A stretch of DNA of 24,000 nt from Balneolaceae bacterium (lineage in GTDB: Bacteria > Bacteroidota > Rhodothermia > Balneolales > Balneolaceae): contig JBHJOO010000110.1 of assembly GCA_050329675.1 (NCBI GenBank), forward strand, positions 8,312 to 32,311. Reading direction: 5' to 3'. The notes beneath the pieces are model-generated. The model saw nothing but the letters and a program-made list of their open reading frames with translations. It had not been told where the DNA came from and made no database searches. The translations under genes and the position numbers were made by a program. Positions within the stretch are counted from its first letter, which is position 1. Each line of letters starts with the position of its first letter. Below, one piece after another: positions 17,316 to 24,000 of the stretch.

Positions 17316-17873
17316 ATGAACTACCTGGATATCTTATTGTTAATTCCTATCGGATATTTTGCCTATAAGGGATTTATGACAGGATTAATTCGTGAATTAT
17401 TTGGCATAATTGGTGTAATTCTTGCAGTTTTTTTAACATTCGAACTAATGGATGCAATGATTTCAATTTTGAGATATTTATGGTTCAAACCCGGGAATTA
17501 CCTGCCTGTATTAGCCGGATTAATTATATTTTTTGGAACCATCGGATTTACACATTTTTTAGCTAATCTTCTTCATCAAATGGTTGAGATAGTAAGTCTG
17601 AATTTTATTAATCAAATATCGGGTTCAGTATTTGGTGCATTAAAAACAGGCATTGTATTAAGCGCCCTGCTCTTGCTTCTTTCCGGTTTTAATTTTCCTG
17701 ATGAAGAAATACGAAATGAATCTACTGTTTACTATCATATTATTTTTATTGCCCCGGCTGTTTATGATATTGTTGCAACCGTCTATCCTGGCGCTGAGGA
17801 TTTTTTAACTATAATTGAAAAAAATATTGATCAAACCAGCCCGCTGAAAAATTTACCGATTTTCGAAAATTAG
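17316..17873 (+). CDS. CvpA-family membrane protein (colicin V production protein family)
   Basis: The N-terminus MNYLDILLLIPIGYFAYKGFMTGLIRELFGIIGVILAVFL and four predicted TM helices are typical of CvpA. Confidence 0.8.
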   Translation: MNYLDILLLIPIGYFAYKGFMTGLIRELFGIIGVILAVFLTFELMDAMISILRYLWFKPGNYLPVLAGLIIFFGTIGFTHFLANLLHQMVEIVSLNFINQISGSVFGALKTGIVLSALLLLLSGFNFPDEEIRNESTVYYHIIFIAPAVYDIVATVYPGAEDFLTIIEKNIDQTSPLKNLPIFEN

Positions 17874-17877
17874 ATGT

Positions 17878-19095
17878 ATGAACAAATTCCCTTCTCTTGA
17901 AGAACAATTAAAAGTTATAAGACGAGGTACAGTTGAAATTGTACCGGAATCTGAATTAATCAGTAAATTAAGAAAATCCAAAAGAGAAAAGACTCCGCTT
18001 AAAATTAAACTTGGTGTTGATCCGACCCGTCCGGATCTGCATCTGGGCCATTCCGTTATATTGAGAAAATTAAGGCAGTTTCAGGATATCGGACATGAAG
18101 CAATTCTCATTATTGGTGGATTTACAGCCATGATTGGCGATCCAACCGGGCAAAATAAAACCCGGCCGCCCTTATCTGCTGAAGAGATTAAAATTAACGC
18201 TCAAACATACATTGATCAGGCTAAAAAAATTCTTGATAGTAAAAATATCACTATTGTCAATAATATGGACTGGCTTGTCAAGATGAATTTTATGGATGTC
18301 ATAAAATTGTCTTCAAAATTAACAATTGCGCGAATGATAGAGAGAGACGATTTTTCTAATCGTTTTAAGAACAATGAACCCATTTCACTTCACGAGTTTT
18401 TGTATCCGCTGGCTCAGGGTCAGGATTCTGTTCATCTTAAATCCGATATAGAACTTGGAGGAACCGATCAAAAATTTAACCTGCTTGTGGGCAGGCACCT
18501 CCAAAAAGAGGACGGACAAGACCCGCAAGTGTGTCTGATGATGCCCCTGCTTGTTGGAAAAGACGGCATATTGAAAATGTCAAAATCATACGATAACTAT
18601 ATAGGTATAGACGAAGAACCAAATGAATTGTATGGGAAAATACTATCTATTCCTGACAATTTGATTTATACATATTTTGAATTACTCACGGATATTCCCG
18701 ATATAGATTTATCCCGCATTGAAGAAAAGGCAAAAACGGATCCACGAAATACAAAGCATGAGCTCGCATGGAGAATTACGGAGATGTATCATGGTAAAAT
18801 GAAAGCAAATGAGGCGAGAGAGTACTTTAATCTAACTGTTGTAAATAAAGAGATACCGGATGATGCACCAGAATTTGAATACCCGGCAGGAAAAACCTAT
18901 CGTATTTTGGATATAATTGGTGATATAAATTTCACATCAAGCAATGCAGAAACAAAAAGATTGATCAGGCAGGGCGGAGTGACTATAGATGATACCAAAG
19001 TGAATGATATTAATTATGAAGTTCAGTTTGGGAAAGGTGATATAAAATCGTTAAAGGTTGGAAAAAGAAATTTTGCTATTTTAAAGGCAAAATAA
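17878..19095 (+). CDS. tyrS: Tyrosine--tRNA ligase (type 2, with a C-terminal S4-like domain)
   Basis: The class I signatures HLGH and KMSKS are present, along with GGTDQKFN and a C-terminal S4-like segment RLIRQGGVTIDDTKV. Confidence 0.95.
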   Translation: MNKFPSLEEQLKVIRRGTVEIVPESELISKLRKSKREKTPLKIKLGVDPTRPDLHLGHSVILRKLRQFQDIGHEAILIIGGFTAMIGDPTGQNKTRPPLSAEEIKINAQTYIDQAKKILDSKNITIVNNMDWLVKMNFMDVIKLSSKLTIARMIERDDFSNRFKNNEPISLHEFLYPLAQGQDSVHLKSDIELGGTDQKFNLLVGRHLQKEDGQDPQVCLMMPLLVGKDGILKMSKSYDNYIGIDEEPNELYGKILSIPDNLIYTYFELLTDIPDIDLSRIEEKAKTDPRNTKHELAWRITEMYHGKMKANEAREYFNLTVVNKEIPDDAPEFEYPAGKTYRILDIIGDINFTSSNAETKRLIRQGGVTIDDTKVNDINYEVQFGKGDIKSLKVGKRNFAILKAK

Positions 19096-19321
19096 ATTTA
19101 AGACGTATCGTCTTTTCCTTACGCCAATACATGGTGTTGTATTTAAATAATTTATATTTATATATTTAATCCACTCTAAAAATTCACTTCAAAATTAAAA
19201 ATTTTATTTTGATGTGAGCTAAGTTTAGGTTAAATAACGCATACTAAATAATAGGGGAAGGACGAAACGTTAACTAACAATTTCTGGTTAAATCAACCGG
19301 ACTTAATCAATCAATGAAATT

Positions 19322-19768
19322 ATGGGAACACACTATAAAGGAACAGCCAAAGAAGAAAAAACACTTGATGCTTTTATTAAACTAATGAGGGCATCTGAAA
19401 CAATTAGTAACCGGTTAAATCGACATCTTGCCGATGCGGGCTTAACTGCCAGCCAGTTTGGTGTTCTTGAGGCCCTGTACCATCTTGGGTCATTAAATCA
19501 AAGAGCACTCGCAGAAAAATTATTAAAAAGCGGTGGCAATATTACAATGGTAATTGATAATCTTGAGAAGTCAGACCTTGTAATAAGAAAAAGAGACCCG
19601 AAAGACAGGAGGTCGATTCAAATTTATCTGACGCCTCAAGGTAAAAAGCTCATAAAAAAGATATTCCCTGAGCATCTGGAGCGCATAGTGGAAATTTTTA
19701 ATTCCATTTCTGAAAAAGATAAAACAGAACTATCACGAATCTGTAAACAATTAGGTTTAGATTCTTAA
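19322..19768 (+). CDS. MarR-family transcriptional regulator
   Basis: The winged-HTH core is LTASQFGVLEALYHLGSLNQRALAEKLLKSGGNITMVIDNLEKSDLVIRKRDPKDRRSIQIYLTPQG. Confidence 0.85.
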   Translation: MGTHYKGTAKEEKTLDAFIKLMRASETISNRLNRHLADAGLTASQFGVLEALYHLGSLNQRALAEKLLKSGGNITMVIDNLEKSDLVIRKRDPKDRRSIQIYLTPQGKKLIKKIFPEHLERIVEIFNSISEKDKTELSRICKQLGLDS

Positions 19769-19850
19769 GTCTCGATATTCTGTTTTATATTTGCTGGTGA
19801 AATAAATGGAACTACACATTTTTTCCCTAACGTGACTCCATAAATCCCTC

Positions 19851-19888
19851 AGGGAATGGGCCTGACCGCTCATTCCCTATTTTTTTTT
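19851..19888 (+). terminator. Rho-independent terminator downstream of the MarR gene
   Basis: The 8-bp perfect stem AGGGAATG/CATTCCCT has the 12-nt loop GGCCTGACCGCT, followed by an A and a run of 9 T. Confidence 0.7.
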
Positions 19889-19934
19889 GCATTTCCGGTG
19901 TAAGATTTTCCTCTTTTTATGTTCATATACATAG

Positions 19935-22361
19935 ATGAAAGAGGAAAACGCATATCAGCTTCCATTCGCTAAAATTCCTGCATTGAAAACAGCGGCTCTG
20001 TTTATGACAGGGATCGCTGCGGGTAAGGTATGGGACATCACTTATCTATTGTCTGTTTTTCTTTTCCTGATAATACTATTGATCTGGCTGTTATTTGAAA
20101 ACTTGTACCGATCAAAGTTGAACAATAGATTCTACACCCTGGCTCTGATAGCTTATCTGTTATTCATTTCATTCGCAGGATTGCTACGCTTTCAATTATA
20201 TCAGTATTCTGTTAGCAATGAGAAAGAAGAAGTTATAAAATTGCTTCCTTTTGCCAGTGAACACTTGAGGGTTAAGGGAGAATTAATTGAAACCGGTATA
20301 ACCGGTACAGGGAGACAGTCAATTTTGTTATTAGTAAATGAGACAGTGATTGAAAATAAGTTTACCTGGAAAAAAAAATATCTTGTACAACTCTATTCTC
20401 AAGAAGCCATTGAAATTCTTAACCGCATAAAGAATGGTGACCGCATTGAAGGTGTAATCAGGTTATATGCTAAATCTGAAAAGAGAAATCCGCATGAGTT
20501 TGATTTTAATGAATGGCTTGAAAGGAAGAATATTTTTTTACAAGGGAGCCTTGAATCGATTACCCACCATGAAAAGGTAAAAAAAAGTTCTATATGGACT
20601 TCTGTCAGATCTAAAGTGCAGGAAGAATTAGAAAATCAGTACTCCGAAGATATACGCCCGGTTGCAAAAGCCCTTCTTACAGGATATAAAAAAGAGCTTA
20701 CGAACGAAGAAAGATTGGCTTTTTCAAGGTCCGGATTATCACACGTTATGGCCGTATCCGGATTACATGTGGGTTTTATTGTAGCACCATTTTGGATTAT
20801 TATACCATGGTTCTGGAAATATAAATCAGGAAAATGGATTGGGTTATTCATACTCACAGTCTTGTTGCTGATGTATGCGGGTGTAACAGGATTTAGTGTT
20901 TCTGTATGCAGGGCATCATTAATGGCCTGGCTGTTTACCTATTCAAGATTGTTTCATAAAACCGCAAATAGTTTTAATCTGTTAGGTGTGGCGGCTCTGA
21001 TATTAATGTGGATAAATCCATCTCAGATATCTGACGTTGGATTTCAACTCTCATTTTCTGCTGTTTTCATCATATTATTGATAATGCCAATCGTCACAAA
21101 TTTAATTCCTGACAAATTCAGATATGGACGCCTTGGGAAAATTAGCAGCATCCTGTTAATCTCAATTGTTGTACAGGCTGGACTTTTTCCAATTCTTGTT
21201 TTTTATTTTGGTGAGTTTTCAGTGTCCGGACCAATAGCAAATTCAGTGGTCATACCTTTTCTGGCAGCTGCAATTCCGGCAGGTACTTTATTGCTTGGGA
21301 TATCATCAATATCAGGCGTTGATCTGAATTTTTTTGTACAACCAGTAGAGTGGATCTTTATCTGGACCCGGTTTGTTGCTAACCATCTGTCTCAAACTGG
21401 TATAAGCTATCTTGCAATTAATCCGGAAAATATTACACTGCTGATTATGATCTGGATTTCAGGCACAGCTTTTATTGCTTCAATTCGAATAAGCGATTTA
21501 CGCTGGAAATTTTTGACCGTTCTTTTAATTCTTCTAAACATACACTATCTGGATCTGTTTATTAAAAAGCTCTCTCCAGCTGTAATAAAAGTTACATTAC
21601 TGGATGTTAGCCAGGGAGATGCCATACACGTAGAAACCCCGTATGGCAAACACATTCTTATTGATACCGGCCGCTGGTCGCCATTTAGTAATAGCGGCGA
21701 TCGAATATTAATTCCTTATCTGAAATATAACGGAATAAACCGGCTTGATGCCGTATTCCTGTCTCATCCGCATTCCGATCACATCGGTGGCATGCCGGCA
21801 CTCATTCAAGCAGTTCCAATAAACAAAATATACACAAGCGGGTACGAATATACGTCAGCTCTATATAAAAATTACAGATTGAAGGCTGAGAAAAAAGGTA
21901 TTCAAATAAGAGGCCTGCAAATGGGAGATATTGTAGAAATTGATCCGTCCATCAGAATCTACGTATTGAGTCCGGAGGCGGATTTTACATTTACAAATCC
22001 GAACAATCACTCAATTGTTTTAAAAATAGTTTACGGGAATACCTCCTTTCTGTTTACGGGAGATGCTGAACATGAACAGGAAGCTTTAGTATCAAAGAGA
22101 TATAAAGAATGGCTTAAATCCGACTTTATGAAAATAGGACATCACGGAAGCAGAACCAGCTCAACAGAGATACTATTGAATTATGTTATGCCCCAAAAAG
22201 CGGCTGCTTCTCTCGCGTATCGAAATGTGTTCGGCCATCCTCATCCTGAGGCTGTAACAAGGTTACAGGAAAACAATATAAAACTTGGATTTACGAGTCT
22301 TGAGGGAGCATACATTCTGCAATCTGATGGTAATCAACTAAAAAGAATTTCATGGAAATAA
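19935..22361 (+). CDS. comEC: ComEC/Rec2 DNA internalization-related competence protein (N-terminal DUF4131-like region, polytopic competence domain, C-terminal MBL domain)
   Basis: Many TM helices are present. The competence-domain segment is FSRSGLSHVMAVSGLHVGF. The C-terminal MBL domain reads VTLLDVSQGDAIHV ... SHPHSDHIGG ... TGDAE ... GHHGS. Confidence 0.9.
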   Translation: MKEENAYQLPFAKIPALKTAALFMTGIAAGKVWDITYLLSVFLFLIILLIWLLFENLYRSKLNNRFYTLALIAYLLFISFAGLLRFQLYQYSVSNEKEEVIKLLPFASEHLRVKGELIETGITGTGRQSILLLVNETVIENKFTWKKKYLVQLYSQEAIEILNRIKNGDRIEGVIRLYAKSEKRNPHEFDFNEWLERKNIFLQGSLESITHHEKVKKSSIWTSVRSKVQEELENQYSEDIRPVAKALLTGYKKELTNEERLAFSRSGLSHVMAVSGLHVGFIVAPFWIIIPWFWKYKSGKWIGLFILTVLLLMYAGVTGFSVSVCRASLMAWLFTYSRLFHKTANSFNLLGVAALILMWINPSQISDVGFQLSFSAVFIILLIMPIVTNLIPDKFRYGRLGKISSILLISIVVQAGLFPILVFYFGEFSVSGPIANSVVIPFLAAAIPAGTLLLGISSISGVDLNFFVQPVEWIFIWTRFVANHLSQTGISYLAINPENITLLIMIWISGTAFIASIRISDLRWKFLTVLLILLNIHYLDLFIKKLSPAVIKVTLLDVSQGDAIHVETPYGKHILIDTGRWSPFSNSGDRILIPYLKYNGINRLDAVFLSHPHSDHIGGMPALIQAVPINKIYTSGYEYTSALYKNYRLKAEKKGIQIRGLQMGDIVEIDPSIRIYVLSPEADFTFTNPNNHSIVLKIVYGNTSFLFTGDAEHEQEALVSKRYKEWLKSDFMKIGHHGSRTSSTEILLNYVMPQKAAASLAYRNVFGHPHPEAVTRLQENNIKLGFTSLEGAYILQSDGNQLKRISWK

Positions 22362-22638
22362 TGTTTATTTTTAACAATGGTAATTCGACTGATACGTGGA
22401 TGTCTGCGTTACATTGTAAATAGAACACAGATGAACGCGGATAAAGCTGATGCCCGCTGATTAGGTTATTGTAATTTTGATTAAAGATTATCATCATAAT
22501 CCGTGCTGGCCAGTGTTCCTTCAAGAAAGTGGAGCTCAAATGGTACAGTTTTAGCAAATATTCAAGAAAGAAATTTTATAGAAATGAACCGGTATTACCC
22601 GGATATTAATAAAAATCATAAACACCGCACATTTTCAT

Positions 22639-22857
22639 ATGTCTGAAAATAAACACCCAGCTTTTGAAGAGTCGTTAAAAAAACTGGAAGCTATAGTGGA
22701 AAAACTGGAGGATTCATCCGTTACGCTGGAGGAATCAATTAAATTATATGAAGAAGGGATGAAGCTGTCGAAAAAGTGTACAAAAACTCTTGAAGATGCT
22801 GTTTTAAAAATCGAAGAAATTGGGTCTGATAATGATATAAAGGAAAATAATTCCTGA
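22639..22857 (+). CDS. xseB: Exodeoxyribonuclease VII small subunit
   Basis: The sequence FEESLKKLEAIVEKLEDSSVTLEESIKLYEEGMKLSKKC is a typical XseB coiled-coil signature. No xseA is present in the window. Confidence 0.85.
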   Translation: MSENKHPAFEESLKKLEAIVEKLEDSSVTLEESIKLYEEGMKLSKKCTKTLEDAVLKIEEIGSDNDIKENNS

Positions 22858-22896
22858 TTTTATAATCTGCTGTTGAGCATTAAATAAGATAATGTA

Positions 22897-23898
22897 TTGA
22901 GTTATTCATTAAACGATTTTGACTATCATCTTCCCGAAGAGCTGATCGCCCAAACCCCGGCAAATAAAAGAGACGAAGCGAGGCTTCTCGTATATAACCG
23001 GGAAAGCAAGTCGATTTATGATGATTTTTTTTACAATATCGCAAAATATCTTGAACGCGGAACAACTCTTGTAGCAAATAACAGTAAAGTCGAAAAATGC
23101 AGGCTGTTTTTTGATGAAGGAAAAATTGAAATATTTATTTTAAATGTTTTAAATGATAAGACTGTTGAGGCACTCGTAAGGCCCGGAAAGAATTTTAAAA
23201 AAAACACCTCGAGAATACTTCCAAACGGTGTAACTGTTAGGGTTGATGATATAGCACCGGATGGCGTAAGAACCCTCACACTAAGTCACGCACCGGATGA
23301 CCCGGTTTTTGAGGAACACAGGTTTACACCTTTTCCACCTTATATCCTCCAGGATGAGACTCTTTCTGACAAATACCAAACCATATTTGCGCGTGATGCG
23401 GGAAGTAAAGCCGCACCAACAGCCGGCTTGCGCTTCACGCCGGCACTGATTGAAAACCTTAAGCATCAGGGTTTTGGATGGGAAGAAGTGACGCTGCATG
23501 TTGGTATGGGAACATTTGCACCGGTAAAATCTGACAAAATAGATGACCATATTATGCACAGTGAATGGTATCAAATGGATAAAAAAACAGCCAGTGAACT
23601 TAACAGAGCATTGCATATTACCGCAGTTGGAACTACAAGTGTAAGGGTACTTGAATCAGTTTTTAAAAAGTTTAAACACTTTAAAGCATACAGCGGTGAA
23701 ACAGATATATTCATAAGGCCCGGATTTAAATTTCGGACGGTGGATTCTCTCATTACCAATTTTCACCTGCCTAAAAGTACGCTGCTCATGCTGGTTGCGG
23801 CATTTGCAGGTTATGATGAGATGCAGTCAATTTACCAGCATGCGATTAAAGAGAAATATCGGTTTTATTCATTTGGAGATGCAATGCTGATACTATAA
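22897..23898 (+). CDS. queA: tRNA preQ1(34) S-adenosylmethionine ribosyltransferase-isomerase QueA
   Basis: The N-terminus is DFDYHLPEELIAQTPANKRDEARLLV and the sequence continues with TAGLRFT, LHVGMGTFAPV, AVGTTSVRVLES, LITNFHLPKSTLLMLV and YRFYSFGDAMLI. It uses a TTG start, as there is no in-frame ATG nearby. Confidence 0.95.
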   Translation: MSYSLNDFDYHLPEELIAQTPANKRDEARLLVYNRESKSIYDDFFYNIAKYLERGTTLVANNSKVEKCRLFFDEGKIEIFILNVLNDKTVEALVRPGKNFKKNTSRILPNGVTVRVDDIAPDGVRTLTLSHAPDDPVFEEHRFTPFPPYILQDETLSDKYQTIFARDAGSKAAPTAGLRFTPALIENLKHQGFGWEEVTLHVGMGTFAPVKSDKIDDHIMHSEWYQMDKKTASELNRALHITAVGTTSVRVLESVFKKFKHFKAYSGETDIFIRPGFKFRTVDSLITNFHLPKSTLLMLVAAFAGYDEMQSIYQHAIKEKYRFYSFGDAMLIL

Positions 23899-24000
23899 TG
23901 TAGTTTATTGTAAAATCTGAATGATACTCGCCATCATTACAATCCACCTTAAACCGGGCCGGATGTTTTGTTTCTGAAATTTCAACCTTTATTTCACCTA

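Noticed and set aside
19100-19117. The short hairpin AAGACG-TAT-CGTCTT with TTT after tyrS as a terminator
   Set aside because: A 5-6 bp stem with a 3-nt T-run is marginal. It may work, but the sequence alone does not support a confident call.
22291-22557. An 88-aa minus-strand ORF spanning the comEC-xseB spacer
   Set aside because: It overlaps the comEC 3' end by about 70 nt on the opposite strand and has an odd, low-complexity composition. It covers the inverted-repeat element, so it is more likely a chance ORF across a non-coding structured region.
23846-24000. A partial minus-strand ORF open to the window end (…GEIKVEISETKHPARFKVDCNDGEYHSDFTINY…) that would overlap the queA 3' end by about 53 nt
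   Set aside because: Only about 51 codons are visible, with no recognisable motif, and the convergent overlap with queA is unusually long. I cannot support it without the downstream sequence. A real convergent gene may exist but end differently.

Overview
This is an AT-rich bacterial chromosomal window made up almost entirely of housekeeping genes. The gene content (the rpmB-rpmG-DUF4295 cluster, mnmG-rsmG, gyrB-gyrA, and a ComEC with a C-terminal MBL domain) suggests a member of the Fibrobacteres-Chlorobi-Bacteroidetes (FCB) group; that placement is inference. In order, the window holds ruvA (5'-truncated by the edge), an OmpR-type response regulator and histidine kinase pair, a mannose-1-phosphate guanylyltransferase, and a minus-strand cluster of OM beta-barrel, 91-aa unknown and MBL hydrolase. 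These are followed by an exported glutathione peroxidase, a tRNA-like locus, an SCP2::R2lox fusion oxidase, mnmG-rsmG carrying two perfect parS sites, a WYL regulator and gyrA-gyrB. The rest is rpmB-rpmG-DUF4295, yqeY-cvpA-tyrS, a MarR regulator, comEC, xseB and queA. I found no CRISPR array, transposase, integrase, toxin-antitoxin pair or recognisable defence island. Five items deserve a second look. (1) A tRNA-like gene has a perfect tRNA-Asp-type class I body, but its anticodon arm is 4 nt too long (7-bp stem, loop AUGAGAU). (2) A 65-nt truncated tandem copy of it lies 109 bp upstream. (3) A 446-aa protein fuses an N-terminal SCP2 lipid-carrier fold to a complete R2-like ligand-binding oxidase. 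(4) Two perfect parS palindromes sit in and next to rsmG, which is followed by a WYL regulator rather than parAB. (5) A 277-bp structured non-coding spacer separates comEC from xseB. None of these is demonstrably a new multi-gene system. The tRNA-like locus and the SCP2::R2lox fusion are the strongest novelty candidates.
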